The notes: generated by a model not told the origin, from the sequence alone. 64,000 nt of DNA from Nanobdellota archaeon (GCA_038046005.1 JBBSXB010000003.1:1-64000); one strand, 5' to 3'; positions 37,192 through 47,857 are shown, counted from the first letter of the stretch. Numbers and translations: made by a program.

Positions 37192-40100
37192 TTATTCATA
37201 TTTATTTTTTAATCCAAACGTTGTATGAATGTGCAATCCTTGTAATTCTTCAACAAGTAATTTGAACGCATATGAGATTTCAACAAATTCTATTTTCTCG
37301 CTGCTGCATATAGGGCAGGAGACTTTTTTCCTTATATTATCATCAACGGCTGTAGCGCCACATTTGACGCATATTGGCAAAACAACTTTGTCGGAGCTGT
37401 ATCTTTCTTTTAACAACAAAGCCGCTCCATGCGCAACTAAAACTTGTTGCTCCATTTCTCCAAGCCTTAAAGCTCCCCCTCTTGATCTTCCTTCTATAGG
37501 CTGTCTTGTCAGCAAGGCGATTTTTCCTGAAGCTCTTCCGTGAAGCTTGTTTCCAACCATATACTTTAATTTCAAATAATAAAGATTCCCAACAAATATT
37601 TTTGACTCTATCTTTCTTCCAGTTACTCCATTATACATTGTTTCTTTTCCATCATATCTAAACCCTAAAGCTTTAAGTTGTTCTTCAAGTTCTTTTTTAC
37701 TTTCTCCGGCAAAGCAAGTTCCGTCGATAACTTTTCCCCTTAAACATCCAACCTTTCCTGCAAGCAGTTCTAAAAGATAACCAACAGTCATTCTGCTTGG
37801 AAGTCCGTGAGGATTAAAGATTACGTCTGGTTTCACTCCTCTTGCTGTGAATGGGACATCTTCTTCAGGCACTATCAGCCCAAGAACTCCTTTCTGTCCG
37901 TGGGAAGTTGCAAATTTATCACCAACTTCGGGAATTCTTTGATCCCTTGTTTTTACTTGGGCAATCTTATTTCCTTCATTATCTTCAGTAATAAAAACAG
38001 ATTCTACAGTCCCCTTTTCTTCTTGTCTCATAGTCACGCTTGATTCTTTTTTTGTTCTAACGGAAATTTCTCTAGCTTCTGACAGGAATTTTGGTGGTGA
38101 GACTTTTCCAATTAAAACATCTCCCTCAGAAATTTCGGCTTCTGGATGTGTTATTCCGTCATCATCTAAAAGTCTGTAGCTTGATTCTGTCTTATATCCT
38201 GAAGAATCTTTTTCAGGAATTCCTATTTCATCTCTTAACCCTCCAGCATAATGCATTTCAACTGCTGAATATGGCCTGTAATAGAAGCTTCTTCCAACTC
38301 CCCTATCAACACTTCCTTTATTGAAAACAAGTGCATCTTCCATATTGTAACCATCGTAAGTCATGATCGCAACAACTAAATTTTGTCCTGCGGGATAAAT
38401 GTTTAAAGTGTCATAAACAAAGCTTTTAACAATTGGTTTTTGAGGGTATTGCAAAATGCTGACATCAGTGTCAATCCTACACAGATAATTTGCGGCATAA
38501 ATTCCCAAAGCCTGCTTTTGTGTTTTACTTCCTCTGTTCAGTCTGGAACTCTGATCGTGATTTGCATAAGGTACAAGGCTTGTAACAACTCCAAATACAT
38601 CTAAAGGATCTATTTCGAGATGGGTGTGCTCCGACGTTATTTCTTCTTCATAAAGTGCAACTAATGTATTTTCCTCTTCAGAGGCGTCTAAATATTCAAT
38701 AACTCCACTCTCAACTAAATACTGCCAATCGATTTCTCCCTGTTCTATTCTTACAATATGCTCATTTTTTAATCTTGAAGATCCGTTGTCAACAATTATT
38801 AAAGGTCTTAAAACTCTCCCAGCTTCCGTTGATATCAAAATGGTCTGGAATTTTTCGTTATCTCTGACATTAAGCTGAACGGGAAGCTGATTGTTCCTTC
38901 TTTTTTCTCTTATTTTAGTCACAAAATCTTTTGGATTTTCAATCGTTCCAATAAACATTCCATTTAAGAAAACATCAGTCTCTTTATTATTATTATTATC
39001 TTCTGTTCTCAATCCAAAATTTTGAAGATCTTTTATGAATTTTTCTTCGTCAAGGTCAATTCTTGTCGAGACTCTGCTCAATATTGCGAGATTCTTTCTA
39101 AGACCAATTTCTGTTCCTTCTGGAGTTTCTATGGGGCAGAATCTTCCGTAGTGAGTTGGATGCAAAGTTCTCGCCTTAAAATTTTCTTGGTCGCTTGAAA
39201 GCATACTTGAAACTCTTTGAAGCTGTGAAATTGTTGCAAGATAATTTGTTTTGTCCATGTTCTGTGTTATTCCAGATCTTTCCCCTGTCCAACTTCCTGT
39301 TGCAATTGCTGATTCGACTCTATGCGAGAATAATGTAGACTTAGCAATTATCTTTATGGAGAAAAACTTTTTTCTCTTGGAGGATTTTTGCAGAGAGTAT
39401 TGTATGTCTCTAATTAAAATTCCCAAGTTAACTCTGAATAAAGTTGCTAAAAGATCTCCAGAAAGTCTTACTCTCTTATTTGCATAATGGTCTTTGTCTG
39501 TTCTCAATTCAGGATTTTCTTTAGAAAGCAAAAATTGTTTTATTAATTTGCACAATGTAACTCCTTTCTTTATTCTGTCTTCTTTTTTCTGTCCAATGTG
39601 TGGAAATAAGTATGAGTCAATTCTTTGTTTTACTCTATCAAGAATTTCTTTTTTTGTTCCCTGTAAACTGGTTTTTTCAGCAATAAACATCATAGCATCT
39701 TCTTTGGTTGCAATATTGACAAACTCATACAAGTTAACAATAACACTGTCTGTTTCTTTTTTTATGTATCTTGCAATGTCAGATTCTTTTATTAATCCCA
39801 AAGCTTTAAGCAAAACAATTGCAGGAATATTTTTGAATTTACCGAATGAAACTTCAAAAAGTCCTTTTTTATCCTCTGTGATTGTTGTTGGGATTCTGTA
39901 TGTTCCTTTTAATGAGAAAAGTTTTAAGACTAAATTTCCTCTTGAATCTGTTTCAACAAAAGGCTGGTTTTCAGCTAAGTCCTCAGCCATTACCATAACC
40001 CTTTCATTTCCTTTTATTAAGAAATATCCCCCAGGGTCTAGAGGGTCAACATAATTTGCAATCATGTCATCTTTTTGCATACCCCAAGTGTTGCATATCT

Positions 40101-40458
40101 TGCTTCTTACCATGACTGGAATTTTCCCTATTTCAACTTCCTCAGAATCAACTTGTCCATCTTTTTTAACAGTCATTTCTAAATGTATTGGGGCAGCATA
40201 TGTAAGATTTCTAATTCTTGCATCAGACGGCATTACCATAGAAGAACTTCCATCGGCCTCCGTTATTACTGGTCTGCCGGTTTTTATTTTTCCCAAGGTT
40301 ATTTCAAAATCATTGTTTTCTATAGTTGAAGCAATTTCGTCAACAATGTCCTGCATTCTTTTCTCTATAAAATTATTAAAAGAAATTATGTTTGACTCTA
40401 CGAGTGAGTGCTTTTCAAGGTATTTTTTCACAATTAAGTGCTGTGTGTCCTTAGGCAT
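37192..40458 (-). CDS. rpoB: RNA polymerase subunit B (unsplit)
   Basis: DPGGYF, ETPEG..GL.KNL, GYNMEDA, GDKFA..HGQKG, PSRMT, RLGEME, C-terminal Zn finger. Confidence 0.97.
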   Translation of the reverse strand: MPKDTQHLIVKKYLEKHSLVESNIISFNNFIEKRMQDIVDEIASTIENNDFEITLGKIKTGRPVITEADGSSSMVMPSDARIRNLTYAAPIHLEMTVKKDGQVDSEEVEIGKIPVMVRSKICNTWGMQKDDMIANYVDPLDPGGYFLIKGNERVMVMAEDLAENQPFVETDSRGNLVLKLFSLKGTYRIPTTITEDKKGLFEVSFGKFKNIPAIVLLKALGLIKESDIARYIKKETDSVIVNLYEFVNIATKEDAMMFIAEKTSLQGTKKEILDRVKQRIDSYLFPHIGQKKEDRIKKGVTLCKLIKQFLLSKENPELRTDKDHYANKRVRLSGDLLATLFRVNLGILIRDIQYSLQKSSKRKKFFSIKIIAKSTLFSHRVESAIATGSWTGERSGITQNMDKTNYLATISQLQRVSSMLSSDQENFKARTLHPTHYGRFCPIETPEGTEIGLRKNLAILSRVSTRIDLDEEKFIKDLQNFGLRTEDNNNNKETDVFLNGMFIGTIENPKDFVTKIREKRRNNQLPVQLNVRDNEKFQTILISTEAGRVLRPLIIVDNGSSRLKNEHIVRIEQGEIDWQYLVESGVIEYLDASEEENTLVALYEEEITSEHTHLEIDPLDVFGVVTSLVPYANHDQSSRLNRGSKTQKQALGIYAANYLCRIDTDVSILQYPQKPIVKSFVYDTLNIYPAGQNLVVAIMTYDGYNMEDALVFNKGSVDRGVGRSFYYRPYSAVEMHYAGGLRDEIGIPEKDSSGYKTESSYRLLDDDGITHPEAEISEGDVLIGKVSPPKFLSEAREISVRTKKESSVTMRQEEKGTVESVFITEDNEGNKIAQVKTRDQRIPEVGDKFATSHGQKGVLGLIVPEEDVPFTARGVKPDVIFNPHGLPSRMTVGYLLELLAGKVGCLRGKVIDGTCFAGESKKELEEQLKALGFRYDGKETMYNGVTGRKIESKIFVGNLYYLKLKYMVGNKLHGRASGKIALLTRQPIEGRSRGGALRLGEMEQQVLVAHGAALLLKERYSSDKVVLPICVKCGATAVDDNIRKKVSCPICSSEKIEFVEISYAFKLLVEELQGLHIHTTFGLKNKYE

Positions 40459-40497
40459 TTTTTAAATGAATTTGATATTTATTCAGTTTATACTCAA

Positions 40498-40707
40498 CTA
40501 AACAACAACTCTGTAGTAGGATACAGTTTTTTCTTCGAACTTTCTTTCAATTTTTATCATATCTCCAACTTGGCAGCCTTCTGGCAGCCCCGGATCAGTT
40601 GAAAGAATTTTTGGAATTTGTGCTTTTGAAATATTCAGTCTTGCTGTGAATTCTGCGACTTCTTTTTCAGATAATTTCACGTGTTTTGGTTGTAGAATAT
40701 GTGGCAT
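40498..40707 (-). CDS. rpoH: RNA polymerase subunit H
   Basis: HILQPKH..L, PKI...DP, GD.IKI.R, YYRVVV. Confidence 0.95.
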   Translation of the reverse strand: MPHILQPKHVKLSEKEVAEFTARLNISKAQIPKILSTDPGLPEGCQVGDMIKIERKFEEKTVSYYRVVV

Positions 40708-40847
40708 GTTAGGGGCAAATGGGAAATTTTAGCTAGTTCTCCTTGAATTTATTTAGCAACTCTAGGATAATAAAAGATAACAAAAATTGGTTTAAAAAGC
40801 TTTCTGTCTAATGGATTTTTTGAGAAAATATCTCCTTAGTGCCAAAG

Positions 40848-41549
40848 TCATTTAGGTATGACTGCTATTCCATCAAGTATTTCCATGATGTATTGGTCAT
40901 CCTTATTCAGGCCTAAAAATCCAACAACCTGAAGAGTATCCGGATTAACTGACTTTGTTGGATAATGTATTGCATGAGGATCTCCAAATTTATCTCCATT
41001 TCTCCTGTAACCTTTAGTTAATCCGACTTGCGGGTCAGCTTTTGTTTTCAATAATAAAGTTCTTCCATAAACATCTGGAATTTGACCTAACCAGCCTAAA
41101 AGATTTATACCAAATCTATTCCCTTCTTTAGTAGTTGACAATTCTTCCAAACATATAGCATTCTCACAAACATCATTTCCACGAATAGAAAACAAAGGGA
41201 AAAAAGCCTCCATAACAACCTCTTTTTTACTTCTAGGAAAAACTCTTTCTGGCTTTATTCTAAATTGATATTCTTCTGGAACAATTAATTCTTGCGCAGA
41301 ATAAAGTGAAGTGTCTCCTGTTCCATCTCCCGAAACAAAAGCAATTACACTCATTATTTTTGCTGGTCCTTTACGAATATTTACTTTAATCTCAGCTCTA
41401 GCAGTATATGCTTTTTTTTGGATAAAAGTAAACTGAGATGGATCAAAAAACTGTAAATCATTTCCAAAAAGTCCTTGATACGTTCCACAAGCGTTTGGAA
41501 GCTCGTTTTCTGCAAGTTTTAAACACTTAACTAATTTTGATTTTTCCAT
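40848..41549 (-). CDS. Hypothetical protein
   Basis: 233 aa with its own promoter. Confidence 0.7.
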   Translation of the reverse strand: MEKSKLVKCLKLAENELPNACGTYQGLFGNDLQFFDPSQFTFIQKKAYTARAEIKVNIRKGPAKIMSVIAFVSGDGTGDTSLYSAQELIVPEEYQFRIKPERVFPRSKKEVVMEAFFPLFSIRGNDVCENAICLEELSTTKEGNRFGINLLGWLGQIPDVYGRTLLLKTKADPQVGLTKGYRRNGDKFGDPHAIHYPTKSVNPDTLQVVGFLGLNKDDQYIMEILDGIAVIPK

Positions 41550-41580
41550 AGATTTAATATAAACTAATTATATTTAAGGA

Positions 41581-42141
41581 TTATTGTACTTCCTTATATC
41601 TAAAACAAGAAGTTATATGGTCATTTACCATTCCAGCAGCCTGCATAAAAGCATAGCAAATAGTGCTTCCAACAAACTTAAAACCTCTTTCTTTCAAATT
41701 TTTACTCATTTCATCAGACTCTTTTGAGGTTGCAGGTAATTCTCTAGTTGTTTTGAACTTATGTTTTATTGTTTTGTGTTTTGTGAACTGCCATATATAT
41801 TTGTCGAAACTCCCAAATTCTTTCTTGATTTCCAAGAATTTTTGAGCATTTGTTATTGTTGCTGTGATTTTCTGTCTGTTTCTTATAATGTTAGCATCAT
41901 TCAGAAGCCTATTCATGTCTTTTTCACCATATTTTGAAACTTTTACAGGGTCAAAATTACTAAATGCTTTTTCAAAACCCCTCCTTTTTTTAAGGACAAT
42001 TTCCCAACTCAATCCCGCCTGGAATGCGTCCAGGACTAAAAATTCAAAGAGTTTTCTATCATCATAAAGCGGAACTCCCCATTCTTTGTCATGATAGTCA
42101 ATCATCAATTGATTTTGGCCAGGCCATTCACATCTTTTCAT
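41581..42141 (-). CDS. tag: DNA-3-methyladenine glycosylase I
   Basis: RC.W, YHD.EWG, LFE.L.L..FQAGLSW, IIRN..KI, GFKFVG.TICYAFMQAAG.VNDH...C. Confidence 0.95.
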   Translation of the reverse strand: MKRCEWPGQNQLMIDYHDKEWGVPLYDDRKLFEFLVLDAFQAGLSWEIVLKKRRGFEKAFSNFDPVKVSKYGEKDMNRLLNDANIIRNRQKITATITNAQKFLEIKKEFGSFDKYIWQFTKHKTIKHKFKTTRELPATSKESDEMSKNLKERGFKFVGSTICYAFMQAAGMVNDHITSCFRYKEVQ

Positions 42142-42148
42142 TTTGATT

Positions 42149-42706
42149 TTAGACAATTTTTCTTTCTCCAATAAAATTGACTTTAGAAGGATTGTGAACT
42201 ACCCAAGAATCATGAATCTTACGATATTTTCCTTCTCCCCCTTCAAGTGCAAGTAGCCCATCATACCCTAGAGATTCTATATGTCTAGAAAAAATATCTC
42301 CATGGCTAAATGTTATTTCTTTAATTCCAGATTTAATATATTTCTTATTTCTTATATCTTCAATAGCTTTTTTTGTTGATGCTACAACATACCATTTTTT
42401 AGCATGTTTTAATTTGTCGGTTAAAACTTCTAAAAAGCTAGCCATTACTATATCCAGAGTCTTTATTTCTCTAAAATCTAAAAAATTTAATCCATCCACA
42501 CTTACAGAATAAACAACTGGCGTTTTTGTATTTTGTGATCTAAGTTTGGCATAACCCTCAGCAGATTCTATATCAGAAGTAAGGTAGATGCCCTCTCCAA
42601 TAGTGTCATCATATGCCTTTCTAAACACTCTAATTCCCAATTCTCCTGAGCCATGATATAGGGGTTCTATTCCTCTTACGATTGAAACCAAATTATTTTT
42701 TAACAT
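42149..42706 (-). CDS. ADP-ribosyltransferase-like protein (H-Y-type)
   Basis: LYHGS, GEGIYLTSD..SA..YA, GYDGL, WVV.NP; start moved out of the tRNA. Confidence 0.65.
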   Translation of the reverse strand: MLKNNLVSIVRGIEPLYHGSGELGIRVFRKAYDDTIGEGIYLTSDIESAEGYAKLRSQNTKTPVVYSVSVDGLNFLDFREIKTLDIVMASFLEVLTDKLKHAKKWYVVASTKKAIEDIRNKKYIKSGIKEITFSHGDIFSRHIESLGYDGLLALEGGEGKYRKIHDSWVVHNPSKVNFIGERKIV

Positions 42707-42717
42707 ATTCAAAAACA

Positions 42718-42791
42718 TGGCCCCGATGGGATTTGAACCCACGACACCCGGATTAAAAGTCCGGTGCTCTACCAGGCTGAGCTACGGAGCC
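42718..42791 (-). tRNA. tRNA-Lys(TTT)
   Basis: GGCTCCG/CGGGGCC acceptor; CCGGA-CTTTTAA-TCCGG; GTGGG-TTCAAAT-CCCAT. Confidence 0.96.
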
Positions 42792-42856
42792 GTCTAAATT
42801 AAGGATTAAAAATAGTTTATAAAAGTATTTATAATTCCTTTTTATAAACAGATCAT

Positions 42857-43120
42857 ATGGCCGAAAGTTTAGTAGATTATCACACATATAGAAGAAAGAG
42901 GAGAGGATTATTGACAAAAAAAGGATTCGATTTAGTTGCTAATACAAACCCAAATAATGATCAATATAGAAGATCGCAAGAAGAATTATCAGAATTGAAC
43001 TTCGTAGATTTGTCCGAAGAAGTTATTTCTCTTTATACAAAAATTTCAATCGCATTTCCAAATGAGGCTAAAATATGGAAATTGGAGCAACTTTGCCTAA
43101 TGTCTAAAACACTAGGATGA
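42857..43120 (+). CDS. Hypothetical protein
   Basis: 87 aa ORF. Confidence 0.55.
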   Translation: MAESLVDYHTYRRKRRGLLTKKGFDLVANTNPNNDQYRRSQEELSELNFVDLSEEVISLYTKISIAFPNEAKIWKLEQLCLMSKTLG

Positions 43121-43122
43121 TC

Positions 43123-43449
43123 TTATAAGAAATGTTTTAATTCGTCCTCAAAGTCTTCCTCAGATCGTGAACCTACAAACTGTTTAGAGACTTTTCCATC
43201 TTTGAAAAGGACGAAGTTAGGAATTGACCTCACACTGAATTTGTTGGCGAGTATCTGATTATCTTCAATGTTAACTTTGCCGAATTTTATTTTTCCCTTA
43301 AATTTGTCATTAAGCTCTTCAATAACAGGAACCATCATAACACAAGGCATACACCAATCTGCGAAAAAATCAACAAGCACAGTTCCACTTTTTATAAATT
43401 TTTCAAATTCTCCGTTAGTCAGTTCAGGAATCTCATGATTTTTAGCCAT
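43123..43449 (-). CDS. trxA: Thioredoxin
   Basis: VLVDFFADWCMPC, V.SIP, FKDG. Confidence 0.93.
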   Translation of the reverse strand: MAKNHEIPELTNGEFEKFIKSGTVLVDFFADWCMPCVMMVPVIEELNDKFKGKIKFGKVNIEDNQILANKFSVRSIPNFVLFKDGKVSKQFVGSRSEEDFEDELKHFL

Positions 43450-43505
43450 TTTAATATCCATATACATGTTCTAAGAAAGACCTATATTTATAAAAGTTTT
43501 GGGGA

Positions 43506-44168
43506 TTATCTTAATATCTTTTTTAATGGGCCAAGCGCACTTCTTGACCACGCTTCAACTTCAACGCCGTTTTGTGCACAGAGTTTTTCCAAGTCACTTA
43601 TTGAAAAAGGCTTTATCCATGCAATTTCTTTGTCTTTAGGTAAAACAAGTTTCGCATTAGTTTTTATTAAATAGAGCATCCCAAAATGAACTTGGTGTAC
43701 GTCATGATCATGATATATGTATCCTAACAACTCTTCCCCTAAAATTTCTCCCCTTACATCAACTTCTTCTGAAATTTCTCGCCTCATACTTTCTCTAATA
43801 GGATTTTTAACACCATCTTTAGGTTCTACATGCCCTCCAAAACCCCAACTTACTTTTCCTTGAAGTCGGTCTTCGGAATAATTCTGTTTTTCACTGGATC
43901 TTTGATATCCAAAAATTCTTCCAGTTTCAGGATTAGCAATAATAACATAAGCAATAGGCTGTTTGTAATTTGGATTTCTTTCAGCATTGCCATTTGGATA
44001 ATCTGCAGGCTCACTCGTGCTTCCTCTTCTCATAACGCTCATATTTTGTAAGATTCTGGATTCGTAATCAAGGCTCTTTGCAGGTCTGAATCCTTCAAAA
44101 AAATCTTTTCCATTATCAAACAGAATATCTTTGTTAACAACAATTATCTTCTGATCTGCTTTTGACAT
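43506..44168 (-). CDS. NUDIX-family phosphoesterase (YmaB-like)
   Basis: AE.NP.YKQPI.Y, Y.R, E.RL, S.GFGGHV, REI.EE, VH.G. Confidence 0.85.
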   Translation of the reverse strand: MSKADQKIIVVNKDILFDNGKDFFEGFRPAKSLDYESRILQNMSVMRRGSTSEPADYPNGNAERNPNYKQPIAYVIIANPETGRIFGYQRSSEKQNYSEDRLQGKVSWGFGGHVEPKDGVKNPIRESMRREISEEVDVRGEILGEELLGYIYHDHDVHQVHFGMLYLIKTNAKLVLPKDKEIAWIKPFSISDLEKLCAQNGVEVEAWSRSALGPLKKILR

Positions 44169-44228
44169 TCTTAATTTAATGATTTTTGTTTTATAAAGAA
44201 ATTTGTTATGCAAAATATATTTCTATTT

Positions 44229-47200
44229 TTAACATTTATTATAAGTACAACCGCTGCATTTAACACATCCTTCTTCATGAATTAATCTTCCAGAACAATT
44301 TGGGGTGGGGCACTTTTCTGAGTAAGCCCTCTTTTTGTTACCATTTGTTTCTTGAGGTTTATTCTTGTCTAAATTTAAATGTTCAATTTCCTCTGGAAGT
44401 CTTCTTGTTTCATAATTATCCTTTCCTTTTCTTAAATAGTCGGAAGCTTCTCTATCTGCGTGATCATAGTCAATCTCTCCAAGAAGTATAGATCTTATTC
44501 CAAATAATTCCTTCATAGCATTAAACTTCATTATGGCTCGTGCAAATCCCATAGGTAGAGATTCAACCGCCCCCCCTCTTGTTGCAAGTGCAACTCCAGA
44601 TCCAATATCTTTAAGCTGGGCAATTATTTCATCGGCAGGCAGATGGTTTCTCAAGAACAAAGAAGTCAATCTTCCAAATCCTTCCATTGTTGCAGTTTCT
44701 TCTTTTCCCGAGTTTCCAAGTTGGGCAAAAACTTCAACAGGGGCAAAATTTCTGTGGGGATCAACAATAACTTCCATATGTATATTTCCATACGGTGTTT
44801 CTTGTCTAATTTTTACTGCAGGCATTACTGGGGGGACCTTTATAGGCTCTCTTCTGATAATTTCCACTTTATCTTCAAGACTTTTTCCCTTGTCTCCATC
44901 ATAATTAACCCCTTTTACTTTGAGGGGTTGATCTTTTCTTGTTCCGTCTCTGTAAAAAGTTACACCTTTAATCCCAAGCTCATGAGCTAATAAGAACGCT
45001 CTCTCAACATCTTCAAGAGTCGCATTGTGCCTGAAGTTTGTTGTTTTGCTTATTGCATCGTCAACATGTCTTTGCACAACAGCTTCCATCTTTAAATGGT
45101 CCTCCGGAATTATGTCATAAGATGTTACAAATATCTTTTTTATTCTGCCAAGATTTCTTTGTCTTGATTTAAATGAATCTTCACTTTCTCCCCCTTGTCT
45201 TGTAATCTCATATCCTTGAAGAGACCCACCAGATAGAGCTACACTTTGAGCACTATCGATAAATCTGTGTAATTTGTCTTTGTTATCTTCTTTGAAAAAG
45301 AAAGGATATTTCTCAAGTTTTTCATTTAAAACAGAATTGAATATGTCAATTTTTGTTCCTTGAACTGTAGTTCTTTCATATGCCAAGGCATATTCAGGTT
45401 CCATCCCTCCAGTGGTTTGTGCGACAGTTCCTGTTGTTCCAGTAGGTGCAAGAGTCCTAACAATGGCGTTTCTTTTTGGTCTTCCATGCCTATGATGACT
45501 ATATTTGAAATTGGGAAATGCGCCGAATTTTTCCGCTTTTCTGAAAGATGCTTCATCACTTTCCTTTTCCCAGAATGTGAGAAGTTCATCAACAAAATCT
45601 CTCCCCTCTTTAGAATCATAAGGAATTTCTAATCTGTAAAGCATATTTGCTAATCCCATAAATCCCAACCCAATTTTTCTGTTGCTCTTCTGGGTTTGTT
45701 CAATCTCAGGAGCCGTAAACTCATTTTGGTCTATTGCATTATCCAATATTTCGTACATTAAGTTAATATCTTTTGCAAATTTTTGTTCGTCAACTAAGTA
45801 TCCTGATGGGGCATTTTGATCTTTTACTAAAATTTTTTCTAAATTTATATGCCCTAAAACACAAGCCTCATAAGGAAGTAATGGTTTTTCTCCGCAAGGG
45901 TTTGTCGCTCTTATAACTCCGACTCCAATTGGTACATTTGCTAATTTTCCCTCATAATCTCTTTCCCAAACATGCTCTCTAACTAACTCCTCTAATGGTG
46001 CGTCTGGGCTTTTTGTTCTAAGTTTGTCAACAGTAGTTTTTGCTTCTTCATCAGCTTGTTCAATAAGATATTTGGCGTAATGATCTGGGTGTGTTGGATT
46101 ATGGTCATTAATGTGTCCTGTAAAAATTGCACCGGGTTCTCCATTGAACCACGCTCCGAATGCAAGATGTCTTAAAACTTTTTTAGCATCTAGGTAAACA
46201 AAATTATTTTCTCCAACTTTTCCAATAATTCTGTCCGACTCATCTAACCCCTCAGGAACCCACGGACTTAGTACATCCACACCATTTTCTCCTATTTCCA
46301 AAGATGCAATCTGTTTTTTGTTTGTTTTTGTGATGTCTATGGCTTGTTTCAATTGATCTCCAGTATAAAATTCTTTGATGTGCGGTCTTCTGCTTGGATT
46401 ATAATGTGTATTTCTTAATTTGTAGAATCTTCCTTCTCCATCGTTTTTTGCTGCTTCAACAAAATCATGGTCAATAGCAACAGAAATATTTGCGGCAGAA
46501 ATCTCCCCATCTTGTCTTTTTGAATATAGAAATCTCATAATGTCCGGATGATTCCAATCAAGCATGAACATATTTGCTCCATCTCTCTTTCCTCCCTGAT
46601 TCATTGTTTTTCCAAGCACCTGTCCTACCATCTTCATGAAAGATATAGGGCCGTCGGTGATTCCTCCTGTTGAATGAACTGCCTCATTTGCGGGTCTTAA
46701 TTCAAAGTTAAATCCAGTTCCTCCAACTTCTGCTTGGATATCTGCAGCCATCTTTAGCGTTTTGAAAATTGAATCTCTTGAGTCATACATAGGAAGCACG
46801 AAGCATGCAAATAGCTGTTCTCTTATTCTTTTCTCTAAGCCTAAATCATTTGTAATCCGCTGAGAAACATTCTGCCCTTCAAGAGATTTCTCAATCTGAC
46901 TTGAGATAAGTGTGTGGCCCCCATTTGCCATGTAAGGAGTATTTGGGAAGACCTCTTTATTGATCATCTTGTAAAAAACTTCTTGTGTTGTTTGATCCAA
47001 ATTCACAGAAGGATCGTTTTGTTTAAGCCCTTGAGCAACATTTAACGCTACCCTATAAAAAATAACTTCTGGGGTTTCTCCAAATCTTTTGGTCTCAGGA
47101 GATTTTCTTCCCCATTTGTCTAAAACTATCTTATTATAATTTCTGTCTATTGTTGGGTCACTCATTGATTTGTATACTTCGTTAGCAACATACCTCGGAA

Positions 47201-47351
47201 GACCTCTCAATCTTCCCACCAAAACGTCATGGTCATAGAGTTTTACTTTTTCTGTTTTTTCATCTCTCTTAATTTCAACTTCAAAGTTTGCAACTAAAGG
47301 TGAAATTTTATCATAAACACTTTGTTGACTTTGTGAGTATGTTTCTCCCAT
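44229..47351 (-). CDS. nrdJ: Class II (adenosylcobalamin-dependent) ribonucleotide reductase with C-terminal TSCPD/Zn-ribbon
   Basis: FPNTP..N, QLFACFV, GGTG, QGG.R.GANM, GEPG, ATNPCGE.PL...ACVLG, R.IGLG.MG, APTGT, ISKT.N, KG.T.YRDG. Confidence 0.93.
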   Translation of the reverse strand: MGETYSQSQQSVYDKISPLVANFEVEIKRDEKTEKVKLYDHDVLVGRLRGLPRYVANEVYKSMSDPTIDRNYNKIVLDKWGRKSPETKRFGETPEVIFYRVALNVAQGLKQNDPSVNLDQTTQEVFYKMINKEVFPNTPYMANGGHTLISSQIEKSLEGQNVSQRITNDLGLEKRIREQLFACFVLPMYDSRDSIFKTLKMAADIQAEVGGTGFNFELRPANEAVHSTGGITDGPISFMKMVGQVLGKTMNQGGKRDGANMFMLDWNHPDIMRFLYSKRQDGEISAANISVAIDHDFVEAAKNDGEGRFYKLRNTHYNPSRRPHIKEFYTGDQLKQAIDITKTNKKQIASLEIGENGVDVLSPWVPEGLDESDRIIGKVGENNFVYLDAKKVLRHLAFGAWFNGEPGAIFTGHINDHNPTHPDHYAKYLIEQADEEAKTTVDKLRTKSPDAPLEELVREHVWERDYEGKLANVPIGVGVIRATNPCGEKPLLPYEACVLGHINLEKILVKDQNAPSGYLVDEQKFAKDINLMYEILDNAIDQNEFTAPEIEQTQKSNRKIGLGFMGLANMLYRLEIPYDSKEGRDFVDELLTFWEKESDEASFRKAEKFGAFPNFKYSHHRHGRPKRNAIVRTLAPTGTTGTVAQTTGGMEPEYALAYERTTVQGTKIDIFNSVLNEKLEKYPFFFKEDNKDKLHRFIDSAQSVALSGGSLQGYEITRQGGESEDSFKSRQRNLGRIKKIFVTSYDIIPEDHLKMEAVVQRHVDDAISKTTNFRHNATLEDVERAFLLAHELGIKGVTFYRDGTRKDQPLKVKGVNYDGDKGKSLEDKVEIIRREPIKVPPVMPAVKIRQETPYGNIHMEVIVDPHRNFAPVEVFAQLGNSGKEETATMEGFGRLTSLFLRNHLPADEIIAQLKDIGSGVALATRGGAVESLPMGFARAIMKFNAMKELFGIRSILLGEIDYDHADREASDYLRKGKDNYETRRLPEEIEHLNLDKNKPQETNGNKKRAYSEKCPTPNCSGRLIHEEGCVKCSGCTYNKC

Positions 47352-47788
47352 TACAGCTCCTTTATCTCTCGTTTAAAATCATTTATATCCTTGAAGTCTC
47401 TATAAACAGAAGCGAATCTTATGTACGCAACATTGTCTAATTTTTTTATTTTTTTCATTACAATCTCCCCTATAACAGAACTCTGCACCTCTTTTTTCCC
47501 CCTCTTTCTCATTTGTTCTTCAATTTCGTTTATCATTTTTTCAATTTCCTCTTTTGGCACGGGCCTTTTCTCAAAGGCTCTATGAATTCCGGTCTCGAGT
47601 TTTTCCCTCTCAAATCTTTCTCGTCGACCATCTTTCTTTACCACATAAAAGTCACCTTTAGTTATTTTTTCGTAAGTTGTGAATCTTTTTCCGCATTTCA
47701 GGCATTCCCTTCTCCTCCTTGTTCCCTCAGGCGAGTCTCTCTTATCTGTAACTTTTGAATCTGAATGTGAGCAGTATGGGCAAATCAT
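47351..47788 (-). CDS. nrdR: Transcriptional repressor NrdR
   Basis: CPYC...RRRRECLKCGKRFTTYE, ATP cone VVKKDGRRE.F, VAYIRFASVY. Confidence 0.96.
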   Translation of the reverse strand: MICPYCSHSDSKVTDKRDSPEGTRRRRECLKCGKRFTTYEKITKGDFYVVKKDGRRERFEREKLETGIHRAFEKRPVPKEEIEKMINEIEEQMRKRGKKEVQSSVIGEIVMKKIKKLDNVAYIRFASVYRDFKDINDFKREIKEL

Positions 47789-47809
47789 GTTTTTTGTAAC
47801 ATACAGTCT

Positions 47810-47857
47810 ATACAACAGGTTGTATGTTCGTTTCTCCTAAACACCTATAGGTTGTGT
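47810..47857. promoter_or_regulatory. Tandem NrdR boxes
   Basis: ATACAACAGGTTGTAT (47810-47825) and CACCTATAGGTTGTGT (47842-47857) resemble acaCwAtATaTwGtgt; starts are 32 bp apart. Confidence 0.8.

Noticed and set aside
43975-44030. Extra residues STSEPADYPNGN in the NUDIX protein as another palindromic insert
   Set aside because: No hairpin or shared module is visible in the DNA.
44229-47351. Inteins in NrdJ (also checked RpoA and RpoB)
   Set aside because: The insertions lack C/S-start and HN-C/S/T end motifs and LAGLIDADG blocks.
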